A stretch of DNA of 64,000 nt from assembly GCA_951406725.2 (NCBI GenBank), contig OX597816.1:148924001-148988000 (forward strand), in the 5' to 3' direction. A program made the translations under genes and the position numbers. Under the pieces are notes generated by a model. That model was not told where the DNA came from, did no database searches, and worked only from the letters and a program-made list of their open reading frames with translations. The DNA comes from Octopus vulgaris. Its lineage: Eukaryota. Positions 1 through 14,503 of this stretch are shown piece after piece. Each line of letters starts with the position of its first letter. Positions within the stretch are counted from its first letter, which is position 1.

Positions 1-405
1 TGATCAGAACTGACTGGAGGTTGAACAACAATAAACATATTCGTGGAAACTTGTGGTATATGAAAGGAGAGTTTTGTTAGGAATCAAACATGATCATTAT
101 TCCTTTCATAGGATAATTTGTTTCTTTATTTGTGCAGTTGAAGGAAAATACATAGAATATTGAATTTGATTAACAAATATATTCTTGTATAAATATAGTT
201 TGGGAGAGGATTTTTTTTTCTTTTTTGTAAAGGATACCGTTCAAACTCTTTATAATTATCTTGTAGAATTAGATAGATTTTGTTTGTGTGCCTCTATCAG
301 AGTGAAAGTGAGCAAGTGCCAGTGAGAAATGGAGAAAAACTGTGTTATTTGTACATCTTGTGCATGTGAGATGCATGTGTCTATGTGTCTGCGTGTGTCT
401 TTCTA

Positions 406-714
<309 letters not shown>

Positions 715-996
715 TCATAAAAAGAAGGAGAATTAGGTAAAAAGAAGACTAATTCTAACAAATCAAAAAAATATGAAAATAGGTTAACAGAAGATTTTGA
801 AATAGTAGCATTCCATACAGTTTTACAGACTTTTCATTAGTAACTAAATTTGATTGTTTTAATATGAAACTGGAAACTCAATAACATATTCAGTTACTAA
901 CTTCTCGTTACTTGGTTCTGTTGTCTATTTTATATTTTATGTGCAAATGGTTTTTTATACAGTGCCGTGTTTTACAATCCTGTAAATAATAATAAT

Positions 997-1287
997 GGTA
1001 TTTTTTTTTTATATAAGCTTAAAGCTTATGGCGATCACTGTGCAATGACTACGGAAAATAGTTTAATAAAGGGTCATATAAGCCCTCGACAGAAAAAAGA
1101 AGGCTTTCCTATCCATAAAGGTAACACACTTAGTCATGTTAACAAAGGGATGTGAGTTCATGTCCCACACTAATAGGAAAGCCTTCTTTTTTCTGTCGAG
1201 GGCTTATATGCCCCTTTATCAGACTATTTTCCTTAGTCATTGCACTTTGATCGCTATAAGCTTTGAGCTTATATAAAAAAAAATACC
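997..1287. mobile_element. Foldback/MITE-like inverted repeat (about 115-bp arms, 60-bp spacer)
   Basis: 997-1112 is the near-perfect reverse complement of 1173-1287. Confidence 0.85.
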
Positions 1288-1801
1288 TTCATATTTTATA
1301 TTCAACTTTCGAGGTCTATGAAACTAAGTTTCAATGTAAGACCATGCTGCTATAAATTTATTCTATTCTGATAACTGTACAAAATCCAAACTCCACTTGT
1401 TACTAATGTCTTTTGGCAATATATATATATACAGAAGGATACGTTTAGCTGTAATGTGAGAGTGGATTCAATAGTTCATACACTATGCTAAATTAATGAC
1501 TCGCCATGCTATATAACCACGCTGTTTTCAAGGGAAATAACTAGCTTTCAATTTATTATAGCAAAAGTTAACTCCCTTGCCTCGCTTTTTTTCTTTTTAG
1601 ATTTTAAGCCTTTTTTGATAATAATTCCATTAATATAAGTTTAATTTTCTTTAGGGTTCCAATTATTAGTTAATGTTATAAACTTAACAATCTTGTACTG
1701 TCCGTTGAAATACATTGGCGTAATTATAAACAAATTCGAAAATCAGCGAAAATTTCCTCAGTATTAGTTCGTAATAATTATATTTATAAAAAAATACTTT
1801 A

Positions 1802-1834
<33 letters not shown>

Positions 1835-2389
1835 TTAAGTTTTTGACACAAAACTTAGACAAGACGAGGGTTCTGAAAAATACGTTACTTGAATTTTTTG
1901 TTGCTTTGTTTTTGGGCGCTTTTTCCACCCCAACCTCCATAACAGAGTTAAATTCAAATGAAATTGGGAAAAAATTGAAGATTTCTGTTTATTAAAAAAC
2001 AGTTCAAATTATATGAATTTCGTTATGGAACCAATAATTATAATAACTAATCATTAATTTTTATAGAAATTACAATAACTATTATCTTGTTATCCAGAAG
2101 TATATGGATAACCTATATAATAAAGATTATACTTCATTCAATAACTTTTCTCGTGGTGCAAAAATGAATGAGAAAGAAAGAAAGAAAGAAAGAAGGAAGG
2201 CAGGAAAGAAAGAAAGAAAATGTATGTGTGTATGTATGTATGTATGTCAGTCATTATTCAGTTTTATTTCAAGATTTCTTGCCAATAGAGAAAGAGCTAG
2301 TTTCTAACCTAGATCCAAGGCTCCTTCATTGGAATTTCAACATCAACAACAGGGTATTTTTGCCTGTCTGTCTGTCTGTATGTATGTCT

Positions 2390-2648
2390 GTCTGTCTGTA
2401 TGTATGTATGTATGTATGTATGTATGTATGTATGTATGTATGTATGTATGTATGTATGTATGTATGTATGTATGTATGTATGTATGTATGTATGTATGTA
2501 TGTATGTATGTATGTATGTATGTATGTATGTATGTATGTATGTATGTATGTATGTATGTATGTATGTATGTATGTATGTATGTATGTATGTATGTATGTA
2601 TGTATGTATGTATGTATGCATGCATGCATGCATGCATGTATGTATGTA
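2390..2648. repeat. (TATG)n microsatellite
   Basis: About 60 near-perfect units; many other (CA)n, (TA)n and (CT)n tracts occur across the window. Confidence 0.99.
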
Positions 2649-3215
2649 AGTAGGTCACCCTAAGTGCTACTGGTAACACGTAACCCATTACAACCTGTTA
2701 CATGGTTGAGCTGTCCACAGCTGAATGGGCAGTCCTAGGAGGGTGGTTTTTGTTGGACATCTTGCAGAAAGAGAAACAAAACCTGTCAATGGGCAGATGA
2801 ACTCTCCCAGCTGCTGTGAGTGAGAGTCCCCTAGCTATTGTCACAGCATCCTTCTAGGAGGGGGTCACTGATGTGAAACCTGAAGTTTTAGGTGATTACT
2901 GGTCATCTTGCTTTAGCCTGTCACTAGGTACTAATCAGAGCAACTCAAAGAGTAGGACATGTAATGTACAAGTGTTTATCATTTAATCCAATGACATACA
3001 GATATCTTTTTATAGTGACTTCACTTGTCATTCCATCTACTGAAAGTCCTATGGTAATGAAAGGGTAGCAACATATGTAAATCTAACCTGTCAAACCATG
3101 CAGAACTACAGTGAAACTCAATAATCATCAGAGAGATCGTGAATGGAAAGTTTGAAATACCATTGACAAGAAAACACACAGACAGCAATCATCTGTGAAA
3201 ATGGAGCAATTGTCA

Positions 3216-3327
<112 letters not shown>

Positions 3328-4597
3328 ATTTTACTCTTGTGATGACGACAATTTCAAAACTGAAAAGTTCATTAATTAAATGGCATTTTTAAAGAAGATC
3401 ATTAGAAATGGATTCTGAGAAAATTTTAGCCAAGATTTTCAGATTTGTCCATACACCAGTGTATTTCAACTGACTCTACAAGATTGTCCAACTTGTAACA
3501 CTGAATAATGAAATTGCAGTCTACATATATAACTGGAAGTGAAGTTGTTATTTACATTGTAAAACTCATAGCAGTACATAATGCAGTGACCTCCTTTATT
3601 GTGTAAAAGTGCACAAGCTTCATTGATTACATTGATACCCAGGGCATATTTCACCTGGATAAAAACTATTCCTATTTGTCAATAAGTCCATGCTTGCCAA
3701 CCATTAATTGTTCTTTACTTAGTGTAACAAATTGGCCAGACCAATAAATCACAGACTAAATACCCAACATAATTATGTTCCAAGTTCAAGTTCCACTGGG
3801 AGCAACTTTGCTTTTCAGCACCCTAGGATTAATGAAACAAGTACTAAGTGTATACTAAAGATCAATACAATTTGCTACATAGTCCATCACTTGTCCTTAA
3901 TATTTCATATCTTTGATATGATATATTAATAACTTGTTCTTAATATTTCGTCCATTAGGACCTTGTCATTGATATCCCATCACTTGTAACAGGGCTATCA
4001 CTATCTTTATTTGATTTCATTCTTTCTTAATTATACATTAAAGATAATAATCAGTTCAGACAGATGACAATTCTTGTAGCATTTTCTTAGTATTCTTACA
4101 ATGAAAAAATATGTTTTCACTCCATGAGTTGAAACTAAATTTAATGGCAGGTTTGGAAGCCAAATAACATAATATATAACAGAAATGTAGTACAATAGAA
4201 CCCAAAGACTTAGTCTTCAGTAACATAATAGCATTAATCTTTAGCGTATAAACTGGCCATACCCAGCCCAAATATTCTGCCCATTTTATATTCAAACTGG
4301 CGATATCTGGCTGAAATGTCTCATCTGTTTTATGTTCAAATTGGCCAGATCCAACCTTTTATACCAACCCTTCAATGTTATTCTAAAAATAAACAATTAC
4401 ATCATCAAAATTTCAAAGTTATGAGATAGTGCATGATTAATTCAAAAGAATGTAAAAAAATAAGCATTACATATGACACAGTAATCTAAATGCAAAAGGA
4501 TTAATAAGCAACAATGCAAAACAACATTGAAACATTGAAACTTTAAAAACAAAGATAATGTAAAAAGAAAAAAATCCACAAATAAAACAAAACTCAC

Positions 4598-4788
4598 CAA
4601 GAGGCAAGATTCCAAACAAAGTTATGACTCTTCTTATGTCACAAAGACTAGGCATAGGTTCGATACTAGCATGACGGAGAAGTGTCCCCAGATAACAAAA
4701 GTCACCAATAAATTCCTCAAGCTGAACTTTCGGGTGGGGAACAATGATTTGTTGAGTAACCAACTCCTCATACAAGGACTCTATTGTT
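4598..4788 (-). CDS. IQCA1: IQCA1/DRC11 exon 13 (TIESLYEELV...EPMPSLCDIRRVITLFGILPLG)
   Basis: tttag|...G|gtgagt; phase 2 to 1; conserved IEPMPSL and ILPLG. Confidence 0.93.
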
Positions 4789-5588
4789 CTAAATTAAAGA
4801 AAACAGTCTCCATTAGATTTTCTTTTCTTTTATTACCATTTTCTTAAATATTTTACTTTTCTTTTCTTTTCTTAGAACTTCTAGAAAAAGAGTTTGTAGA
4901 TGGCATCAGTGCTCAACTGTAGACCATGTGCCTACCATACAATCCATTAATTTTTGTTGGTTCATTCCACCTAGCGGCAAATAAGTACCATTACTGAGTA
5001 TGCTCACTGCTCTAAGCTGTGGAAGCACTATATAATAAATAAGTATTTTATTAGATTGCAGTGTTGAATACAAATCCGGTCATAAGTATATATTTCTGTG
5101 TTGAAGGTGGGAGGTAATTTAGCCCTCAAATACAGAAATATGAAATCATTAATAATCCCGTCTACTATAGAGCAAAGGCCTGAAATTTGTGGTGAGGGGG
5201 CTAGTCAATTATATCAACCCCAGGACTCAAATAGTATCTATTTTATCAACCTCAAAAGGATGAAAGGCAAGGTCAGCCTTGGTGAAGCTTGAACTCAGAA
5301 TGTTTGAAATGCTGATAAGCATTTTGTCTGACTGGCCAACAATTCTGTCAGTTTGCCACCAATGGAATCATTAATAATGCCCCAACAATCTAGTGAATTA
5401 TAGGATTCACCTTTGAAATATGAGAGTTTATTGTGTTGTTCCCATATACATACATGTAAATGATCCATCCCATCAAATAACACAATCAGAAATTTAGAAA
5501 ATGATAATAGGAAAATACATAAACTTGATGAAAACTATTATGTTCTTGTCCACTGAAACTGTTTAAGATATTGTTAAATCTTGCTTAA

Positions 5589-5809
5589 CCCTTTAGCATT
5601 TAAACCAGCCATATCTGGCCAAAAATATTCTGCCTGTTTTATATTCAAACTGGCCAGATCTGGTCTCTCACACCAACCCTACAATATTGTTTTAAAAATT
5701 AACAGCTACTTCATCAAAATCTCATAACTACAAGATAATGCATGATTAATTCAAAACAATGTGGATGAAAAGGCATTAATTTTGGCAGAATAATGCGAAC
5801 ACTAAAGGG
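5589..5809. mobile_element. piggyBac-type MITE (related copies at about 4233-4504 and 38365-38525)
   Basis: TTAA|ccctttag...ctaaaggg|TTAA. Confidence 0.8.
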
Positions 5810-6728
5810 TTAATATGCTTTCAACATCTCTTGTTCTGTGTGTGTTTGCATCTCTAGGTGAATTATACAAATAGTCGTCATCTTCATCACTGTTGTTATT
5901 GCTATCATCATCATTGCTGTTGTCATGGTCATCCATTTTCCATGTGTTAGATTGTCACTGTCCAAGTCTGTTATTTGGAACTACTACCCTTCCAGATAAG
6001 CTTCCTCTGGCTCCTGTGCTGGTGGCACATAAAAAGCGCCCACTACACTCACAGAATGGTTGGCATTAGGAAGGGCATCCAGCTGTAGAAACACTGCCAG
6101 ATCAGACTGGAGCATGGTGCAGCTTCCTGGCTTTCCAGACCCTAGTCAAACCATCCAACCCATGCTAGCATGGAAAGCAGACGTTAAACGATGAGGATGA
6201 TGATGATGATATGTATATATATATATATATATACATATCATCATCATCATAATTTAGAGTCCATTGTCCATGCTGGCATGGGTTCGACAGTTTGACCAGG
6301 GCTAGTAAGCTGAGGGGCTGTACCAGACATACACACAAGCCACACACACACACACACACACATGCATGCTAAGTGTAACTTTAAGAATGGATTAAAATTT
6401 CAAAAGAAATAAAGGAAATATTTCTCCTCACCAATTTCACTCTGCGCTGATTTCTTTTTACAAAACTACTAATCCCAGCTACATTCATTCATCATAAAAT
6501 TCTTTGTTCTTTTGCTGAACAATGGCATTGACAATGTTTGTGTTGCGGATTTAATTTATTGTCCTGGACTCTAATTACAGGAATTTCATCTCCAGATTGC
6601 CTCTATATTAACAGAGATTACTAAATCCAGAACAGCACTACCAGGCTTATCCATAACCTCACATAAATCAATGTGATACATAAGGATTCTAAAGACAACG
6701 TTGCCAATATGGTTTGCAGTATTCTTAC

Positions 6729-6835
6729 CTGTCTGGAGTCATATCTTTTTCTTTCTTTTTCTTCCCTTTTTTACCACTTCCTTTTTTCTTTTTACCAGAC
6801 TTTCCTTTCTTTTTGGATTTTTCTCGGTCCACTGC
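6729..6835 (-). CDS. IQCA1: IQCA1/DRC11 exon 12 (AVDREKSKKKGK...KKEKDMTPDR)
   Basis: tgtag|...AG|gtaag; phase 0 to 2; KEKDxTxDR motif. Confidence 0.92.
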
Positions 6836-7060
6836 CTACAAGTAACCAAACAGAAACACCATAGGTAACCAGATATATGAATATGAAACCATGTGCCCAT
6901 CCTTCTACCAACAAAAGTCTTGATAGATTTATACATCAAATTGAATAAACCTGTTGGATATTATTAATGTCTTGTCATTAGACACATGGTTAAATATGTA
7001 GATCAGCTTTATAGTAACATCCTGAACCCTTTCTATTTTTCTTTTCTTTTTAGCACTTAC

Positions 7061-7209
7061 TAGTTTTAAATTCTTCAATTCTTCCCGCATCAGCTCATCA
7101 ACTTGAATCCTAATCTCAGTCTCCACTTCAAGTCGCTTCTCCTCTTTGATTAGTTCAACGTCATGTTTCTGCATGAAGTTGTGTTCTTCCTGCCGCTCAG
7201 CCCAGATTT
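7061..7209 (-). CDS. IQCA1: IQCA1/DRC11 exon 11 ([16 protein letters not shown]...[19 protein letters not shown])
   Basis: Conserved [14 protein letters not shown]; ttgcag|...|gtaagt; phase 1 to 0. Confidence 0.93.
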
Positions 7210-8404
7210 CTGCAAGGCAATACTAATAACAGTGATTTTTTTTTTTTCTACTGACACAAAGTTACAAATTAAGAATATGAGGGTAATATAATCAAATCAA
7301 CCCTTATACTACCATTTTTTTGTAGAAATACACTGCCTTTGCTTCAAATGATTTTTTTTTAATAAAGCATTTTGTTAAATAACTTAGGCATTATTAAGCC
7401 AATGTTGAGAACATGAAATAACAAGAAATTTTATGGAAGATTTTAATTCAAATCACTTTAATTCAAAAAGTTTGTATCACAAAATTATAGGTGGGTTCAG
7501 GTGGGCTGGTGTCAAAAAGGTTAATAAACTTCACTAAATGACTAATACATATTTTATTAACTCTGGAAGGACAATAGACCAAACTAGAAAAATCCTATCC
7601 ATTTAAATGTCTGTGTTGTATTACATAAAAGTATTTCACTACCTCCTCTCCCCAAGCTTTCAGTCATTCTGTAACATCTCTTATCCTTCACTCACTCCAA
7701 GACTCCGAGTGTGTCTTGGCAAGTGACTGTAACAAACATGCAGATTAAAAGTAAAAATGGCAATAATAAAAATGCTTTCTACTATAGGCACAAGGCCTGG
7801 ATTTTTGTGGGGAGGGGGACAGTCGATCACATTGACCCTAGTACTTGACTGTACTTAATTTATCAACCCCGAAAGGATGAAAGGCAAAGTCAACCTTGGT
7901 AGAATTTGAACTGAGAAAGTAAAGACAGATAAAAAGCCACTAGCTAACCGCATTCATATGACGATGATGATGATGATGGCTTCATACATTAACATATGAC
8001 AACAAAATGTATGGGTAGAGAATAATCAACTGAGTCAACATCTTTACATGACTGAAACTTACTTTATGAAGGTAAATTCAAATGCACAAGACTATGAATT
8101 CATAATGTAGAGGAACAAATCACAATATTGTAAAGTATTTAATTCAATGTGAGACACTCTGGCTGAGTGGATAGCAGAATCAGTTCAAATTTGCTGCAAG
8201 CATTTTTTTATTTGTTTCATTGGATTTAGAATAAGCACCAAGTTATCTGTGAATCTAAACTGTGATAGACTGAATCCCTGAGCTCTAAACAACAACTGTA
8301 TCAGTCCATCACCCTGCTGTCCATTACTATTACTACTAACAACATACAAGTATAACCACATTCAGGGTTCCAAGGCTTCCTTGAGGCTGACTGTTTAGTT
8401 CTAG

Positions 8405-8808
8405 CTTCATGTTGTTAAGATAAATCCTTCATGTTGTTAAGGTAAATCCTTCATGTTGTTAAGATAAAACCTTCATGTTGTTAAGATAAAACCTTCATGT
8501 TGTTAAGATAAATCCTTCATGTTGTTAAGGTAAATCCTTCATGTTGTTAAGATAAAACCTTCATGTTGTTAAGATAAAACCTTCATGTTGTTAAGATAAA
8601 TCCTTCATGTTGTTAAAATAAAACCTTCATGTTGTTAAGATAAATCCTTCATGTTAAGATAAAACCTTCATGTTGTTAAGATAAATCCTTCATGTTAAGA
8701 TAAAACCTTCATGTTGTTAAGATAAATCCTTCATGTTGTTAAGATAAATCCTTCATGTTGTTAAAATAAATCCTTCATGTTGTTAAGGTAAATCTCTCAT
8801 GCTGTTAA
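8405..8808. repeat. 22-bp minisatellite (cttcatgttgttaagataaaWc), about 18 copies
   Basis: Direct tandem array. Confidence 0.97.
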
Positions 8809-9334
8809 GTCACTCTCCAGAAACAATACTAGTCTCCTATCAAGTAACATTCCTAATAAGTTTCATAGATATTGCCAACCACTGGATAAACTGAAGAATG
8901 TAAAATAAAGTGTACTTCTCAAGTACACAACAAAGCATCTACACTGGATTTGTACTCAAAATCTCTTAACACAGAGGTCACAGTCAGGTACACTTGATCA
9001 TTTTGCTTCTATTAGGTTACCAATGCCAGCACTAAAATCATTGCAACTATCACTGTTTTTTATTTCTCTATTGCCCATAAGGGGCTAAACATAGAGGGGA
9101 CAAACAAAGACACACAAAGGGATTAAGTCCATGACATCGACACCAGTGCGTAACTGGTACTTAATTTATCAACCTCAAATGATGAAAGGCAAGGTCGACC
9201 TCGGTAGAATTTGAACTCAGAACGTAACGGCAGACAAAATACCGCTAAGCATTTCACCCGGCATGCTAACATTTCTGCCAACTCGCCACACCAAACTGAC
9301 TACTATTCCCACTACTACTACGACGACGACGACG

Positions 9335-9368
<34 letters not shown>

Positions 9369-10082
9369 TTACCATCACCACCACCTCCACCACAATCACC
9401 ACCACCTTAACCACCACCACCACCACCACTACTACTGGCACTCTATCAGTTGTAACGACAAGGGTTCCAATTGATGTGATCAATGGAACAGGATGCTCAT
9501 GAAATTAATGTAACAGTGGCTGAACATTCCACAGACAAACATACCCATAATGTAATTCTCAGGGAGATTCAGCATGACAAAGAATTTGACAAAGTTGACC
9601 TTTTGAATTACAGGTAAACTCATTTTCGCCAGCTGAATGAACTGAAACAACATGAAATAAAGTGTCTTGCTCAAGGACAGAATGCATTGCTAGGAACCAA
9701 ACTCATAACCATGAGCTGAAAACTCTGACACTAATCCACATGCCTTCACTACTACCACTACTACTACTACTACTACTACCATCACCACCACCACCACCAA
9801 CACTACCAATATCACCACCACTACTGCTGCTACAGCCATCACTTGCTGTTTCCTACATCTGATGAGGAAGCTACCAAATTACTTTTCCATCCACATTACT
9901 ACCACCAATCCTACTAATTATACTGTTGTTCATAGTACCATGACCACCACTACCTTCCTCACTCATACAACTACTACTCATATATACACTGTCTCTATAT
10001 TGTGATACCCATTAAAAACATAGGTGTTAAACAGACAGGTAAATAACTCGAGAAATGACCAATTTACCAACTTAATGCTTAC

Positions 10083-10158
10083 CTTTATATTTATGGTTCC
10101 CTTCTTGCAGAGAAGTAATAAAATTGGAAGGGGCCATTTTCCAGCCCTCATACTCTGC
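10083..10158 (-). CDS. IQCA1: IQCA1/DRC11 exon 10 (AEYEGWKMAPSNFITSLQEGNHKYKE)
   Basis: aacag|...G|gtaagc; phase 0 to 1; WKMxPSxF motif. Confidence 0.88.
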
Positions 10159-10465
10159 CTGTTAGATTAGAAGATAAATAAATAATTAATATAATTACAT
10201 TTAATAACTGGATCTTTCATTTCAAGACATTTTTGTCAAGAAAGATTCTAATTATATCAGAATCAAACAGAAGATATTTTTAGATTAATTCCATTCTAAA
10301 CGGGGTTTTTTTACATGATCATGATGATGATTATAAAATTGCTTAAAACAGCATTGCAGTGAGAGTCGTTAACATAGACAATGATTTTGTAATAGCCATA
10401 ACTCAAAAGACTGCTTCTATTGTGATCATAACTCACAACTTCAAGAGAAAAACAGCAATGTTTAC

Positions 10466-10558
10466 CTCTTTCTTTTTCCCAACTTTCTTTGGTTCTTTTC
10501 TCGCTTTGGTTTTACCCTCGTCTTTCTTTTTTCCTTTCTTTTCACCTTCCTCTTCCTC
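10466..10558 (-). CDS. IQCA1: IQCA1/DRC11 exon 9 (Lys/Glu-rich EEEEGEKKGKKKDEGK...)
   Basis: tttcag|...|gtaaac; 31 codons; Lys-rich linker typical of this family. Confidence 0.85.
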
Positions 10559-11999
10559 CTGAAACCAAAATTTTGGAATGTCAGTGTGCTTTTTTACTCA
10601 TCTGCCTCACACACATAGTTTACACTTTCTCACATGACACCAGATATATATCAGACTAAGAATGTCTAACATAGCACTAGAGATAGACCTAGCCTGTATC
10701 ACACTCCTAGATTATGCACGTATCCCAAAACATCCAGGACACACATCTGGCATGAAACATGCCATTTGCAGAGACTGGATACAAAATTACAGCTAATTAT
10801 TGACATTGAAACAATAACAATTAACAAGTAACAAACTTCCAGCTCAAAGCTAAATAATGGCCAACTGCTTCTAGTGCCAGAAATCAGTGAATTCAAACTA
10901 GTTTCTACTTGGTAGCTAACTAAAAACAACCTGAAACTAAATGCAAATCAGTTGTGAAATGAATGCTAACTGCTTATTGTGCTTTCAGACTAATGAAGAC
11001 AGCATGTTTCAGCTGACCTCTCTAACAATTAACCAACAGCTAAAGCCAAACTGAATGTTAATTAAATACTAATTAACATTCTATTGAATTTTAACTAACT
11101 ACTGCATGAATACCAAACACTAACAACAAATTAATAAAGGTAAGATAGTTCTTTTTTGCTATCTTATTATTAACTGAATACTAACTGGTTATTTGCTGTT
11201 CACTGAAATCCAAATAATAAAAAATGAGAACTTCACATTTCTCTGAAAACTAAATGCTTGACTGCTACTTAAACTTAATAATAGCTAACAAATAAAAAGA
11301 TAATAGTTGACAAACTGAACTAAATGCAAAAATGTAAACAAACTACCAAGTGAATATAAATGCTGTATATGAGCCAACAAGAGCCCAACTGACAAACATA
11401 GACTCTTCACATAGCAAAGACTGCATTACAAAAACTGGTCTTCTTTCCTCTTCAGAGCCAGAAATTACTTTAGTTTCCAACAATAACAAATCTTCTATAA
11501 AACTGAAATAATATTCATAACTGAGTACTTCTACATCTTGGTCAGTATTGCTGCTACACATGATCTAGATGAACAGACATCCTATACCACATCCAAATAA
11601 AGGTCATTTGACTTAACATGAAGTCATTCACCAACACACTCCATTTGGCCCACTTAACATAGTCTCCTCTCTGATTTTTTTTTACTGCTATTGCAATGGC
11701 CTCTTGTTGTTGGAGTTGATTGGTTCCATAACCACTTCCACTCAGACCCTCCTTAACTCTCTCTCCTCTCATTACCTATAATGCATCTGCCACCACCACC
11801 ACCACCATCACCCAGGCCCTGTATTTGTCTCTCTCTACCCAGAAATCCCTCCTTACACAAATTGTTTTCACTGTAGCCATTAATTTGCAACTGTTCAAGA
11901 ATATTAACTACATCAATCTCAAAGATTATGGCTCTTTCTCCAAAGGAATCCAAATAAATAAACTCACAATCACCTGATCAGTTGTAGTTATGATCTTAC

Positions 12000-12108
12000 C
12001 TTTGCCTTCAGTTCCAGTTCCAATTCTAGAGGGTCTTTTTCTTGAAATATCAGTGCAGAACCACCATCTTCTGCAGGAGGGTAATCTGGAAATTTTCCAC
12101 TGGCATCT
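12000..12108 (-). CDS. IQCA1: IQCA1/DRC11 exon 8 (DASGKFPDYPPAEDGGSALIFQEKDPLELELELKAK)
   Basis: Conserved GKFPDYP...GGS motif; tttcag|...|gtaag; phase 2 to 0. Confidence 0.92.
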
Positions 12109-14503
12109 CTGAAATAATACATTCATCCCTTATAAATGGAAACTGTAACCCCTCTCCCACTGGTCATTATCTCTTTGCCCAGTGTCCATTTGTCTTTTAC
12201 AATTTTGTCACTGTGCTTTGGTTGTTTTTTTTAAATAGGAAATGCTCACTTTGGTACTTGTCCATTTTACAACAATTCCTATAACAATTGTTCCCTTTTA
12301 TTATTCTCCCGTAACAATTCTATTTCTGATCTTCAACTGACAATTATTCGTTGTCTACTCAATCTTTTCTTTAGATTAATCGTTGTCTCTTTAGTCATTA
12401 ATTTTCAACCAGTTAAATGAAATAACATTTGAAAGAAAAGTTACAATGTTTTTTAAGCAGAAATTAGAATTATCAGTTAGATCAACACCAGTATCTTACT
12501 GGTATATATTTTAATGATACATGAGGATGAAAGACAAAGCTGACTTCAGTAGCATTTCAACTTTGAGCAAAACACCACTATATTGAGTCTCACCAGACCT
12601 ATAGAGAGCTAGAACTACCAATTATTGCAGTTTCTAACTAATCTTTTTTTTTTACTTCACAGAGTAGTAAACGCTCAGCCAATAGAGATCTGTTATGAAT
12701 CAAAATAATAATCTATGGGATAATTATTGCACATCCTACTGAACATTTCATAATGTAAATACATCTGCATCTGATGGCATTCCACACATACATGCCATTT
12801 GTTGTGATGAGAAATGTGAATATTATTCATGTGTAGACTAGCAAAACAGTTACAAGCAAATAACATTGTCATTAAAAAGAGGACTGGATCTGCTTTGAAA
12901 TGATAAAAGATATAAAAACTAAATATAATAAAAATTGTATAGATTTATATGTATGTGCTGTAAATTATTGTAAAGCTTATTATGTTTCAGGATGTTCATA
13001 TTTTTTGTTTAAATTTTTATATTTTGTTTAGAACAATAAATTTCCAATGTCTATCAAAATTTTTAAATCTTCCCAGACTGATCTTCACAATAAAAAAATT
13101 CACATAGTAGTTGTTATTAGCACTTTACTATAAAACAAGAGCCATGACAACTGGTGTTTGTGTCTCCTTCATAACAACTGGTCTTGGAAATTGCTCATTT
13201 TACTATTGAAATCAGGCCTTTCACAGAATTCAGAAATAGTTTGGCTGTAGTGTCTGTGTTAATCAGTTGTTATCATCATCTTCATTTAATGTCCACTTTC
13301 CATGGGCTGGCCAGGTTTGACAGAAAACCAGAGAGCTATAGAGAGGCATCAGATTCTAATGTCATCTTTGAGATGGTTTCTACAGCTGGGTACTTTTTAT
13401 GTGCCACTGGCACTAGTAAGGTTTTCATGAAACTTCCAAGACAGAAAAGAACAGAGAAAAAAATGAAAGGAAAACATCTCTCACAACAAAGAAAAGTATT
13501 TGGGAGAGGAAGGCAGGGGTGAGTGCCTTTATGTTAAGTGTTGAAAAGCTAAAGTATGATAGAGGGACAAACACAGGTGTCTTGCCATAGAGGAGATACA
13601 TGATTGAAGGAGATAAAAGGAAGATAGTGATGGCGGGTTAAAGCAAATTCTCAAGGAACAAGGTGAGCGTAAGAGAGGATATAAACAGTGGATTATGAGA
13701 GGAGTGAGAGTGTGTGGATTCTATCATAGGAGTGTGATGGGAAGTAAACAGGTGGAGGTGGAGGTTAATGTTGTGAGTGATTAGCAAGGGTGGAAGTGTA
13801 GATGATGGGAAATACCAGTAATGAGAGGGATAATAAAGTGGGAGATATAGGAATGGCTCAAGAAGAAGAATAGAACAAAAAGTATGTACAAGGTGTCAGA
13901 GCAGTGGAGAGGGAAATATAGGTATGTAACGGGGGGGGGGGGGGGCATAGTAGGTGGGTGGGTCATGATGGTAGATATGGGAGGACTTTGAGAATGACAG
14001 CTGATAAGAGAGGTGTTTAGAATGGAGTATAGCAGAGGGGAAAGAGAGCAGATGGCCCGAAGGCACAGAAAGCAGTGGGTAGTGATGAGTTGAAATAGTG
14101 TGGGTAGGGGTGATTGAAGAATGTGGGAGAATGTTGGAGAGAGGTTGGGATGTAATATGTGCCAATACTGCTCTCAGGTAAATAAAATAGGCAGGGGATA
14201 AGATATTTAATTTTGGTAGTTTTTGTAGTATATAATATGGTTTTTCTTTTTATGAGTTTTTGTACTATATAACATGTTTTTTTCTTTTTACAAGTCAAAT
14301 GTGAATCCAGTGTTCAACCTATGGGTAGTCAGTAAAGTAGACTGAGGCAAGTAGCATTATGTGTCTTAAACTTGAGAGATAACACAATGACAATAGAAAA
14401 AAAAATAATAGGGTTTCACTTCAGAATTATGTTGACAGTAAAGTCTCACTATCTAACTTCTGAACTATTGTTAAAATGCAAGGAAACTAAATAGCTTAAA
14501 CTA

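Noticed and set aside
2168-2688. Several ORFs of MYVC/HTYI repeats (likewise VC/HT/LS ORFs elsewhere)
   Set aside because: Translations of microsatellites, with no splice or homology support.
9211-9502. Thr-rich mucin-like or His/Tyr-rich ORFs
   Set aside because: Compound trinucleotide microsatellite between two SINEs.
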